This document shows positions 30,443 to 38,837 of a stretch of DNA of 64,000 bases, piece by piece. Under the pieces are notes generated by a model, which ran no database searches, was not told the origin of the DNA, and saw only the letters and a list, made by a program, of their open reading frames with translations. The stretch is taken from positions 600 to 64,599 of the forward strand of contig JBEKAC010000002.1 in the NCBI GenBank assembly GCA_050018395.1, given 5' to 3'. How positions within the stretch are numbered: the stretch's first letter is position 1; each line of letters begins with the position of its first letter. Made by a program: the position numbers and the translations under genes. Origin of the DNA: Dehalococcoidales bacterium (GTDB lineage Bacteria; Chloroflexota; Dehalococcoidia; Dehalococcoidales; RBG-16-60-22).

Positions 30443-32182
30443 CTACTTTAACAACAAGTGCTCCACGATAGGCCCGAGAGAAAGCGCGGGGAGGAAGCTC
30501 AACGCTCCCACAATCACAACTACAGCTATGAGCCAAAAGATAAAGAGCGGGGTATGTGTCGGCAGCGTGCCGGCGGTAACCGGCACTTTCTTCTTCTGCA
30601 CCAGGGAACCGGCTATCGCCAGCGCCGGAATTGCCAGCCAGTAGCGACCGATGAACATGGCAAAGCCGAGGGCGACATTATAAAAGGGCGTATTGGTGCC
30701 TAACCCGGCAAAAGCGCTGCCGTTGTTATTACCGGCCGAGGAGAAAGCGTACAGCACTTCACTGAAACCGTGGGCGCCGGGATTAAACACCGCCGCTCTG
30801 CCGGCCGAAGTTGCCACGGCAATAGCGGTGCCGAATAAGACCATCAGGACCGGGATAAGCACCATCAGCGAAGCCATTTTCATTTCATAGGCCTCGATTT
30901 TCTTGCCCAGGTATTCCGGGGTACGACCTATCATCAGGCCCGCCACGAAAACCGCGATGATGACGAAAGCCAGCATACCATATAAACCGGAGCCGACGCC
31001 GCCATAGACTACCTCCCCCAGCTGCATGAGCCACATCGGCACGAGACCGCCCAGCGGTGTGAACGAATCGTGCATCGAGTTTACCGAACCGTTCGAGGCG
31101 CCGGTCGTTGCCGCCGCCCACAGGGCCGAGTTGGCGGCGCCGAAGCGCACCTCTTTGCCCTCCATATTACCGCCGGACTGCACGCTGCTGGCCGCCTGGT
31201 TAACGTTAATCCCCGTTAGAGCAGGATTGCCGCGCTGCTCCGCCCAAACGGATACTGACAACATGGCAACGAAGATGATAGTCATTACAGCCAGCAGCGC
31301 CCAGCCTTTACGCGTATCGCCAACCATCTTGCCGAAGGTGTAACACAGCGCCGCGGGAATGAGCAAAATCGCCAGCATCTCAAGTAAGTTGGAGAGGGGG
31401 GTGGGGTTTTCAAAGGGGTGGGCGGAGTTAACGTTGAAAAAGCCGCCGCCGTTCGTCCCCAACTGCTTAATTGCCACCTGGGCAGCCGCCGGGCCGACGG
31501 CTATCACCTGTTGATTGACAGTTTGTCCGCCGGCGTCTTGCGTTGATTGCACGAGCGCAACTTGCTGGGAGCCGTGAAACGTCTGTACCACGCCCTGGGT
31601 GACTAAAATTACTGCCAGAATAATGGATAACGGTAACAGAACGTAAAGGACGCTCCGGGTCATGTCCACCCAGAAATTACCGATCGTCTTGGCGGAATGC
31701 CTCACGAAACCACGCACCAGAGCAACGAGGATGGCTATACCCGTAGCCGCGGATACAAAATTCTGGACGGTCAGAGCTATCATCTGGGTGAGATAGCTCA
31801 TGGTACTTTCCCCGGCATAGCTCTGCCAGTTGGTATTGGTGGCAAAGCTGACGGCCGTATTGAAGGCCAGGTCCGGCTTAACCGCAACCAGGTGCTGGGG
31901 GTTAATGGGGAGGACGGACTGGAGACGCTGCAAAGCATACACTAAAATCAAGCCGGCAAAGTTGAAGAGCAGCATCACAACCGCGTAGGTCTTCCAGTCC
32001 ATCTCCTCGTCGGAACGTATGCCAGCGATACGATAAATAAAGCGTTCAATGCGCCCGACGGCCGGTGTCAGCAAGACGCGTTCGCCCTGAAAGACCCGCG
32101 CCATGTAAGCTCCCAGCGGCTTGGCCAGCAATAAGAGGAGAAGGAGATACAACCCGATTTGAAGCCAATCGAAAATGCTCAC
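30443..32182 (-). CDS. kdpA: K+-transporting ATPase subunit A
   Basis: 579 aa polytopic protein with NTNWQSY and GTNGGGF selectivity-type motifs. GTG start overlaps the kdpF stop. Confidence 0.93.
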   Translation of the reverse strand: MSIFDWLQIGLYLLLLLLLAKPLGAYMARVFQGERVLLTPAVGRIERFIYRIAGIRSDEEMDWKTYAVVMLLFNFAGLILVYALQRLQSVLPINPQHLVAVKPDLAFNTAVSFATNTNWQSYAGESTMSYLTQMIALTVQNFVSAATGIAILVALVRGFVRHSAKTIGNFWVDMTRSVLYVLLPLSIILAVILVTQGVVQTFHGSQQVALVQSTQDAGGQTVNQQVIAVGPAAAQVAIKQLGTNGGGFFNVNSAHPFENPTPLSNLLEMLAILLIPAALCYTFGKMVGDTRKGWALLAVMTIIFVAMLSVSVWAEQRGNPALTGINVNQAASSVQSGGNMEGKEVRFGAANSALWAAATTGASNGSVNSMHDSFTPLGGLVPMWLMQLGEVVYGGVGSGLYGMLAFVIIAVFVAGLMIGRTPEYLGKKIEAYEMKMASLMVLIPVLMVLFGTAIAVATSAGRAAVFNPGAHGFSEVLYAFSSAGNNNGSAFAGLGTNTPFYNVALGFAMFIGRYWLAIPALAIAGSLVQKKKVPVTAGTLPTHTPLFIFWLIAVVVIVGALSFLPALSLGPIVEHLLLK

Positions 32183-32271
32183 TTAAACCACTCCGGCTTC
32201 AGAAGCGCTAAAATGAGGTATACCAGCAGGCAGAGGGAAATCACCCCAGAGATAATATACAGAATATGCAT
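32179..32271 (-). CDS. kdpF: K+-transporting ATPase subunit F (30 aa)
   Basis: Not in the ORF track. The minus strand reads [36 protein letters not shown], with the stop overlapping the kdpA GTG (AAGTGA). Confidence 0.7.
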   Translation of the reverse strand: MHILYIISGVISLCLLVYLILALLKPEWFK

Positions 32272-32272
32272 C

Positions 32273-32365
32273 TCACGACCTCATCAAGCGCTGACAGATC
32301 AGTACCAGCCCTAAGGTCACCAGGAAAAATAAAACAACAATGGATAACGCCAGAATGTCATTCAC
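32273..32365 (-). CDS. Possible second small hydrophobic peptide upstream of kdpF (30 aa)
   Basis: GTG..MNDILALSIVVLFFLVTLGLVLICQRLMRS-TGA, ending 1 nt before the kdpF ATG. May instead be 5' UTR. Confidence 0.25.
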   Translation of the reverse strand: MNDILALSIVVLFFLVTLGLVLICQRLMRS

Positions 32366-32389
32366 TGTTCTGATTTTAGTAAGATGACG

Positions 32390-32439
32390 GTCAAGAAAGC
32401 ATCAAGAAAGTTATATGGTATATCAAGAAATTATCAAGA
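32390..32439 (-). promoter_or_regulatory. Four direct TCAAGAA repeats (spacing 11/21/11 nt); candidate KdpE operator
   Basis: Copies at 32390, 32401, 32422 and 32433. A TAAAAT -10-like hexamer (minus strand, 32378..32373) lies just downstream, with no good -35. Confidence 0.4.
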
Positions 32440-32550
32440 ATCCACCACCTGGTAGCGTTTACATCGCTGACGGCTAAGATTACCTTCGGGTTATCAAAGT
32501 TGACCGCCAGCCCTATCAACTGTAAATTGTTCGCGGTGAACTTCGCTTCG

Positions 32551-32579
32551 TTGACGCATTTGCGCAATTCCTCTATAAT
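32551..32579 (+). promoter_or_regulatory. Sigma70-type promoter for parA
   Basis: TTGACG (32551), a 17-nt spacer, then TATAAT (32574), 19 nt before the ATG at 32598. Confidence 0.6.
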
Positions 32580-32597
32580 CGTTCGGGAGTTTCAATC

Positions 32598-33383
32598 ATG
32601 TCCGTAATCTGTATCGCCAACCAGAAAGGCGGCGTCGGTAAAACCACCACGGCCGCCGCCCTGGCCGAAGCTTTTACCGAGCATAAAAAGCGCGTCCTCC
32701 TCATCGACTGGGACCCGCAGGCCAGCCTGACCATCAGCCTGGGCATCAACCCGGAAAGCCTCCAGCTCACGGGCTATGACGTCATTACCAGCGCCATCCA
32801 GGGCAACGGCCGCTATGGGCTGCAGGATGTCGCCGTCAAAACCGGCAACCCGAAAATCGACCTCGTGCCCGCCAACGTCGAGCTTTCCGGGGCACAGCTC
32901 GACCTGGTGAACGTGCCCGCCCGCGAGCTGGTGCTGAAAAAAATGCTGCAGTCCGTGCGTAAAGACTACGATTATATCGTGCTGGACTGCCTCCCCAGCC
33001 TGGGGCTGCTGACCATCAACGCGCTTTCCGCCGCGGACAGCGTCCTGATTCCCCTCCAGGCGGACTTCCTGGCGATGAAGGGCCTGGCGATGCTTTTAAA
33101 TACCATCCTCCGCGTGCAGGAAAAGATAAATCCTTCGCTGGAGATACTGGGGATACTCTTTACGATGACCAACCCGCGCACCTTGCACAGCCGCGAGGTC
33201 ATCGAGGTTACCAAGCGAGCTTTCGGGAAGCGCATCAGGGTCTTTGACATTACCATACCCGTCAGCGTCCGCTTTAAGGAAGCCCCGGCCGCCGGGATGT
33301 CCATCCTGAAATACGCCCCGTCTTCCGAGGGGGCTGAAGCCTACAGATTACTCGCTAAAGAGGTGCTGCATGAAAAGAGTTAA
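32598..33383 (+). CDS. parA: ParA/Soj-family ATPase
   Basis: Deviant Walker A NQKGGVGKTTT. 261 aa. Confidence 0.9.
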   Translation: MSVICIANQKGGVGKTTTAAALAEAFTEHKKRVLLIDWDPQASLTISLGINPESLQLTGYDVITSAIQGNGRYGLQDVAVKTGNPKIDLVPANVELSGAQLDLVNVPARELVLKKMLQSVRKDYDYIVLDCLPSLGLLTINALSAADSVLIPLQADFLAMKGLAMLLNTILRVQEKINPSLEILGILFTMTNPRTLHSREVIEVTKRAFGKRIRVFDITIPVSVRFKEAPAAGMSILKYAPSSEGAEAYRLLAKEVLHEKS

Positions 33384-33720
33384 AATAACCGAGGAAATCG
33401 CTTACCCCAAATCGTCCGCGCTGGACCGATTTACCGGCGGCGACCGCCCCGCGGTTTCCCCGGAAGCCAGGCCGTCTGTTCCCCCGCCGGCGGCTGCCCG
33501 CGCGTCGATGATCAAGCTCTCCGTCTTTCTCAACCGCGACGAGGACGCCTACCTGGAATCGCTGGCTTCCACCGCCAAGTTCAGCGGGGGGAAAAAGTTG
33601 AGCAAGACCCGGCTCATCGAGGCGATGGTGCGCGCTTTCCGCAAGACCAGCCTGGATGTACGCGGCGTAAAAGACGACCAGGAACTCTTAAACCGGATTT
33701 CCGCGCAGCTGAATAAATAG
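33370..33720 (+). CDS. Small ParA partner, RHH-like C-terminal half (ParG-type candidate)
   Basis: 116 aa, overlapping parA by 14 nt. Disordered Pro/Ala-rich N-terminus, then a KLSVFLNRDEDAYLESLA strand-helix pattern. Confidence 0.45.
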   Translation: MKRVKITEEIAYPKSSALDRFTGGDRPAVSPEARPSVPPPAAARASMIKLSVFLNRDEDAYLESLASTAKFSGGKKLSKTRLIEAMVRAFRKTSLDVRGVKDDQELLNRISAQLNK

Positions 33721-33742
33721 CGGCATTTATCTGTGTTTCCCA

Positions 33743-33799
33743 AATTTCCTCTCCCCTTGCGCCTGCCCGCCGTAGCTTTAGCATAGGCAGGGGAGAGGA
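33743..33799. repeat. 57-nt hairpin element, copy 1 (AATTTCCTCTCCCCTTGCGCCTGCC...GGCAGGGGAGAGGA)
   Basis: Near-identical to 33924..33980. Confidence 0.9.
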
Positions 33800-33873
33800 T
33801 TATGGGGTGGGGTGCATGATTTCACACTCTCCCGTGAATCACCCGGGGTTTTTCCTCCGACCTTTCCTCCTGA

Positions 33874-33917
33874 CCCCCTCTCCGCCGGCGGAGAGGGGGA
33901 ACCGAAGGGGGTGAGGT
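33874..33917. repeat. Hairpin module, inverse-orientation copy of the 20521 family
   Basis: CCCCCTCTCCGCCGGCGGAGAGGGGGAACCGAAGGGGGTGAGGT. Confidence 0.9.
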
Positions 33918-33923
33918 CGAAAT

Positions 33924-33980
33924 AATTTCCTCTCCCCTTGCGCCTGCCCGCCGTAGCTTTAGCATAGGCAGGGGAGAGGA
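33924..33980. repeat. 57-nt hairpin element, copy 2
   Basis: Direct repeat of 33743..33799, offset by 181 nt. Confidence 0.9.
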
Positions 33981-34125
33981 CTAAAGGTGAGGGGTATTTT
34001 ATGCCTATTATTTCACCCTCAACCTGCCCTCTCCCATCGAGGGAGAGGGATGTTTATCAGATTTCCGCTGGAATTTATACTTGCACAAAGATACGGGAAG
34101 GGTTGACAACAAACTTACCCGTTTT

Positions 34126-34806
34126 TCAGGCGGCCTGCCCCACCAGTCGACCTACATCACCCTTGGCAGGCGCCGCAGGCTTTATTTTTAATCCTGCGCT
34201 TTCCGGGGAGGGTTTCACCAGCGGCTCCGGCCAGAATGTGGTGTCCAGTTGCCGGACGGACGGGGGGTGGGCGAAACGGAACCGCGCCATCAGCTCGTTG
34301 TGAGTAAGAGATATAGCCACCGGTTGCGGCATCACCGGTTCAGTCATCACTGTTTTGATTATCACCGGTTCCGGCGGTCTTTCCTCCGGTAATTTTACAG
34401 TCTCTTTGATTTCTTCAGCGGCAGTTTTCACGGGCGTGACATAGCAAATCATCCGCGTCATTTCCAGCTCATCCGGGTCGTAGCCCGGCCGGTCTCCGGC
34501 GAAGCCTTGCTGCAAGACCTCGATTTCATCCATGTCCGCGACGCGGTAGAGCTTCCACCCCTCCGTTTTCCCCATGTCGCTGAAACCCGCGGTCTGGTAG
34601 CAGATAAGCGATTCGTTTTTCGCTTCGCCTTTCATCACGATGCCCAGGCAGTAGGGCTCCACGGTGCGGTAGCCGCCGTGGTAATGAAACCCGATGGTCT
34701 TCATCTGCTTGATGGCGCCGCAGAGTACCCAGCGTTTGTATTCGCGGTTCATGCCGACATTTAGTATTTGCTTTAGTTTAGGCACGCTGCAATCTCGCCT
34801 TTCCAA
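34126..34806 (-). CDS. Hypothetical protein with WYL-like N-terminal beta-barrel pattern
   Basis: HYHGGYRTVEPYCLGIV...EGWKLYRVADMDEIEVL resembles the WYL/Sm-like pattern. The likely start is MNREYKRW at 34752. The C-terminus is Pro-rich and runs into the repeat region. Confidence 0.4.
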   Translation of the reverse strand: MERRDCSVPKLKQILNVGMNREYKRWVLCGAIKQMKTIGFHYHGGYRTVEPYCLGIVMKGEAKNESLICYQTAGFSDMGKTEGWKLYRVADMDEIEVLQQGFAGDRPGYDPDELEMTRMICYVTPVKTAAEEIKETVKLPEERPPEPVIIKTVMTEPVMPQPVAISLTHNELMARFRFAHPPSVRQLDTTFWPEPLVKPSPESAGLKIKPAAPAKGDVGRLVGQAA

Positions 34807-34928
34807 ATAGAACTCTAGGAAAACAGAAGCCTTTTGTCAAATAACAAAGCTCGCTAATAAAAAGAACAGGTGTTTCTTTTTAGAAAACGATGCAAAATAG
34901 GCACGAAAGGTAATATTATGTCAATCGT

Positions 34929-35978
34929 TTAGCGGACCCTGATCCGGCCCCTGTTTTCCGCCGTCACCTTCCCGATGATGGCGGCCGCGGAGACGCCCTG
35001 TTCGTGCAGCTTCTTCAGCAGCCGGGCAGCCCTGGCTTTGGGTACGGCGATGAGCAGGCCGCCGGAGGTCTGCGGGTCGTAGAGAATATCCTTCAAATAT
35101 TTAGGAACACTTTTATTCATGTCCACCATGTGCTTGCGGAAGTCCCGGTTGCGCCCCAGCCCACCGGCCACCATGCCCGCCTCGTAATATTCCTTCGCCT
35201 CGGGGAAAAGGGGGACGGCGGCGGCATCTATTTCCATGCCCACGGCCGTACCCTCGACCATCTCGCAGGCGTGCCCCAGCAGCCCGAAACCGGTAATGTC
35301 CTTGCAGGCGTTAACGCCCACCTCCAGCATGATTTGGGAAGCCGTGCGGTTGAGCGCGGTCATGGAGGCAGTCACCCTAGCGATGGCCTCTTTACCGGCG
35401 GCGCCTCGCTTGATGGCGGTGCTGATGATGCCGGTGCCCAGCGGTTTCGTTAAAATAAGGCTGTCTCCGGGACGGGCGGTATTATTGTGGACAACCTTGT
35501 CCGGCCGGATGGTGCCGGTGACGGCCAGCCCGTACTTTATCTCCGGGTCGTCCACGGTGTGCCCGCCCAGCAGTATCACCCCGGCCTCGTGCATTTTATC
35601 CAGGCCGCCTTTAAGGACTTTTCTCAAGATGGCAAAGTCCAGCGTATCTTTGGGGAAGCAGACGATGTTGAGCGCCGTCAGGGGCTTACCGCCCATGGCG
35701 TAAACGTCACTTAAAGCGTTGGCCACAGCGATACGGCCGAAGTCGTAAGGGTCATCGACGACGGGCGTGAAAAAATCGACTGTCTGGACGAGGGCGAGGT
35801 CGTCTGTAATTTTAAAGACGCCGGCATCCTCCGCCCTTTCCATCCCCGCGATGATATCGGGGTGGGTCTGGAAGGGCAGCCCGGCCAGCGCTTTGGCGAG
35901 GTCCGCCGGACCTATCTTACAAGCTCAACCCGCGCCGTGGACGGTCTCGGTCAACCGCAGCTTCTTTTCTTTGGACAC
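34929..35978 (-). CDS. selD: Selenide, water dikinase SelD with in-frame UGA (selenocysteine) at codon 18
   Basis: The track ORF starts at 35843, but the same frame continues upstream: GTG(35978) SKEKKLRLTETVHGAG-TGA(35927..35925)-ACKIGPADL. This aligns with E. coli SelD RLTQYSHGAGCGCKISP, placing UGA at the Cys17 position. AAGAGG lies 8 nt upstream of the GTG. Confidence 0.9.
35899..35913 (-). promoter_or_regulatory. Candidate bacterial SECIS hairpin
   Basis: AGGUCC-GGC-GGACCU, a perfect 6-bp stem beginning 11 nt after the UGA. Confidence 0.5.
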
Positions 35979-36010
35979 GTTACTTACCTCTTGAGGGTAT
36001 TGTACTATAT

Positions 36011-36066
36011 AAAATCAAAAGTCAAAAATCAAATCTCAAAAACACAAAGTGAAAACGTAAATCTTG
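36011..36066. repeat. Degenerate heptamer tandem repeat, 8 units (AAAATCA AAAGTCA AAAATCA AATCTCA AAAACAC AAAGTGA AAACGTA AATCTTG)
   Basis: Read directly. An inverted partner TGTGTTTTTGATTTTTG lies at about 36094..36110. Confidence 0.9.
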
Positions 36067-36174
36067 GTCAAAATCATTTTTCAATTTTTTATCTGTGTTT
36101 TTGATTTTTGTGCCGATTCCTTAAGATCATCCGGCATCCCGCATGCCATCGGGAAGATTTGAGATTTTATTTTT

Positions 36175-36510
36175 CTAAAGGCAAACCATCTCCGTGCTTA
36201 GCATCGTTTGGATGGACTTGGCCATATTGGTCGCCTTGCCTACTTTTATCTTACCCGTCAGCTCGAAAAAGTCCAGGCATGTGGCGCAGGCCAGGATTTC
36301 CACGCCCTGCTGCTCCAGCTTTTTCAGGTGCGCCAGCGCCCACGAGCCTTCCGCCACCAGCTTCACGCCGGTGTTCCAGAACACCAGCGCCGCCGGTTTT
36401 TCCTTGCTTTCACTCAACGTCCCTAAAAATTTGGACATCAAAAGCGTCCCGAGCTCGTCATTGCCCCTGCCCAGCGTTTCCGATTGTATCAACAACGTTT
36501 TCGATGGCAT
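36175..36510 (-). CDS. YedF-like DsrE-fold selenium-metabolism protein (lacks the TusA-like N-domain)
   Basis: Pattern SETLGRGNDELGTLLMSKF...ALVFWNTGVKL...GVEILACATCLDFF...VGKATNM matches the recalled YedF C-terminal domain. GGAGGG lies 9 nt upstream of ATG 36510. Confidence 0.7.
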   Translation of the reverse strand: MPSKTLLIQSETLGRGNDELGTLLMSKFLGTLSESKEKPAALVFWNTGVKLVAEGSWALAHLKKLEQQGVEILACATCLDFFELTGKIKVGKATNMAKSIQTMLSTEMVCL

Positions 36511-36524
36511 ATCGCGTCCCTCCA

Positions 36525-37280
36525 TCAATTTCTGATTTTACCGGATTTGGCCAATAGCGCGGCGCCCAGCGCGCCGACGGTCTGCGGCGATTCCGGAACG
36601 ATCAGTTTTTGCTCCATTTTTTGTTCCAGTAATTTAACCAGACAACGGTTATAAGCACCGCCGCCGGCGAAGATTATCTCCCCTTTGATGCCGACCCTCC
36701 TCACCATGGTCTCGATGCGCGTGGCGATAGCCTCATGCAGGGCCAGCGCAATCGTGCTGATTTCTTCCCCTTTGGCGATAAGTGAAACCACTTCCGATTC
36801 CGCGAAGACCGTGCACAGACTGTTGATGTGGATAACGCCGGAAGCGCTTAAAGCCAGGGCGCCTATTTCGGAAATCGGCACCTCCAGCGTCTGGGCCATG
36901 ATTTCCAGGAATTTGCCCGTCCCGGCGGCGCAGCGGTCGTTCATCTCGAACTTCTGGACTTCACCCTTTTCCGATAGCTGGATGACCTTGCAGTCCTGCC
37001 CCCCGATATCGATAACGTCGCGGCACCCGGGATACAGATAGCGGGCACCGACGGCAAAGGCTTTTATCTCCGAGACAACCTCCCCGCCTGCGGCGGGCGC
37101 CACCAGGTGACGGCCGTAGCCGGTCAGCACCAGCCCGGCATAGTTTTTACCCGCCAGCAGCTCCTGGCAACGCCGCAGCGGATTTACGCCCGCGGGTATG
37201 ACCACCGCATCCCGGACGGCGGTATCCAGGGTAACCAGCTTGATGGTGCGGGAGCCTACGTCCAGTCCGGCATAAATCAA
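36525..37280 (-). CDS. BcrAD/BadFG/HgdC-type ATPase (activase of 2-hydroxyacyl-CoA dehydratase-like enzymes)
   Basis: MIYAGLDVGSRTIK, DIGGQDCK, RCAAGTG (bridging-cluster Cys). Overlaps both neighbours by 1-4 nt. Confidence 0.85.
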   Translation of the reverse strand: MIYAGLDVGSRTIKLVTLDTAVRDAVVIPAGVNPLRRCQELLAGKNYAGLVLTGYGRHLVAPAAGGEVVSEIKAFAVGARYLYPGCRDVIDIGGQDCKVIQLSEKGEVQKFEMNDRCAAGTGKFLEIMAQTLEVPISEIGALALSASGVIHINSLCTVFAESEVVSLIAKGEEISTIALALHEAIATRIETMVRRVGIKGEIIFAGGGAYNRCLVKLLEQKMEQKLIVPESPQTVGALGAALLAKSGKIRN

Positions 37281-38554
37281 TGCTTCACCATCTCCAAAAA
37301 TGCTTCGATGCGGCTCTTTAGCTGCCCGGCGTCTTCGTCGCTGTAGTCCGTCTCGATGCGCAGCAGCGGAATGCCTTCTTTTTCCAGCCGCTTTTCCACC
37401 CGCACGGCCTCGGTGGCGTAGGTATGGCAGAACTGGAGGTTGTAGTGTATCACGCCGTCGGCCTTATATTCCCCGGCCAGTCTTACAATGTCATCCAGCC
37501 GGTCCTCGTTAGGCGTGAAACAGGCGCAGTGGATGTTCATATAGCGGTCGGCGATGGCTTTAATCTGTGAGTCCAGTGTTGCCGGCGATGGCTTTACGAG
37601 CTCGCTGAAGAGCCGGGTGCCGGTGCAGGACTCCTCGCAGACCACCACCGCCCCGAGCGACTCGATGATATGGTGCAGCTTCCAGTTGGGGATAGCCATG
37701 GGACTGCCGGAGACCAGGATGCGCGGGGCATCAGCCGGGGCGACGCCCTCCCCGGCGGCCACCCGCTTGTCCAGCTCGTCACAGAGGGTGTTTATCATCT
37801 GGGTATTGCGTTTGACATCGTCGTAGAAAGACACCTGGGTCACCAGCAGGGCGTCCTTGCCGCTGATGGGCACGGGGCTGGTTTTGCGTAGATTGTAAAG
37901 CCGCTGCAAAGCCTGGCGGCGGGCGTTGACGGTAGCGATAGCCTGCTTCAGATTTTCCGCCGTTATTTTGTTGCCTGTCAGCTTTTCGATAACGGCTTTA
38001 AAAGCCTTAACTTCCTCCAGCCACAGCTGCCGGCTCTTTTCCGTCTTTTTATTCGGTACTTCCATCACGTAAACCGGCTGGTACTCGTTTAAAATTTCGA
38101 ACATTTTTTTCTTGCCGTCGCAGGTAGTCTCCCCCACGATGAGGTGGCTGGCCTGCACGTAAGGGCATACCCGCCCCAGCTTAAAGCCGAACGACGACTT
38201 GATCAGCGCACAGGTGTTACGCGGCAGCACGGTTTCTGCCATCGGGATGGAAAACTGCGTCCCGGCGCATAGCCCCACCGGTATGCCGCCCGCCGCCCAG
38301 ACAAGCTCTTCCGGCACGAAAACGCAGTACGTAGCCACCACTTTGCCGCCGTTTTTGGCGTGCTCCCGTAGCTCTTTTACCCGGATGCCGTGGATATCCC
38401 CGACGACGAAGTCGTAAAACCCCATCCCCGCCGGGCGGTTTGGCTGGGAAAGATAGATTTCCTGGAACATAGGCCCCAGAGCAGTCATGAGCGCGCCGTG
38501 CGGCTTCAGGTCGATGCCCAGTTCCTGCCACATTTGTTCGTTTTCGTTAGCCAT
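37277..38554 (-). CDS. 2-hydroxyacyl-CoA dehydratase family / double-cubane-cluster-type protein
   Basis: 425 aa, single subunit. Conserved Cys positions: NTCALIKS, GRVCPYV, ETTCDGKKK, CEESCTG, HCACF, LQFCHTY. C-terminus ETDYSDEDAGQL is typical of the HgdB/BcrC superfamily. Confidence 0.75.
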   Translation of the reverse strand: MANENEQMWQELGIDLKPHGALMTALGPMFQEIYLSQPNRPAGMGFYDFVVGDIHGIRVKELREHAKNGGKVVATYCVFVPEELVWAAGGIPVGLCAGTQFSIPMAETVLPRNTCALIKSSFGFKLGRVCPYVQASHLIVGETTCDGKKKMFEILNEYQPVYVMEVPNKKTEKSRQLWLEEVKAFKAVIEKLTGNKITAENLKQAIATVNARRQALQRLYNLRKTSPVPISGKDALLVTQVSFYDDVKRNTQMINTLCDELDKRVAAGEGVAPADAPRILVSGSPMAIPNWKLHHIIESLGAVVVCEESCTGTRLFSELVKPSPATLDSQIKAIADRYMNIHCACFTPNEDRLDDIVRLAGEYKADGVIHYNLQFCHTYATEAVRVEKRLEKEGIPLLRIETDYSDEDAGQLKSRIEAFLEMVKH

Positions 38555-38619
38555 AAGTCCTTTGCTCCTTCTTGATGAATCAGCTTTGATACGTTAAAAT
38601 AACCTCGGGAGATTATAGC

Positions 38620-38657
38620 ATAAGTATTTTCTTAGCGCAATATAAGAATTACTTATA
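38620..38657. promoter_or_regulatory. Two LTTR-type T-N11-A-like dyads (ATAAG-N7-CTTAG; TATAAG-N5-CTTATA)
   Basis: Located 66-103 nt upstream of the 38554 start, within the divergent lysR intergenic region. Confidence 0.45.
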
Positions 38658-38710
38658 GAGAAGAGGGGGGAGGGAATAGGGACACTGGATTCCCGCTTCC
38701 GCGGGAATAG

Positions 38711-38754
38711 CATGAATAAAATCTCCCTCTTATCCCTCTTTATGAAAGAGGGAC
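38711..38754. repeat. About 44-nt module CATGAATAAAATCTCCCTCTTATCCCTCTTTATGAAAGAGGGAC
   Basis: Second copy at 49951..49993 in the same orientation. Confidence 0.85.
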
Positions 38755-38837
38755 GTCAATACCCCAAAATGGACAGAGGAAAAGTGTAAATGGAGATTGC
38801 CGCGACCCGATTGTATCGGGTCTCGCAATGACAACAG

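Noticed and set aside
32366-32597. A c-di-AMP (ydaO-type) or other riboswitch in the kdp leader
   Set aside because: No conserved riboswitch-like nested helices were recognisable. The region is instead explained by direct repeats, a -10 box and the divergent parA promoter.
36108-36557. 149-aa ORF 36108..36557 (+), with 36194..36535 and 36208..36426
   Set aside because: They are antisense to the YedF-like gene, which has a clear family pattern and RBS. Their translations are Pro/Ser/Ala-rich low-complexity sequence.
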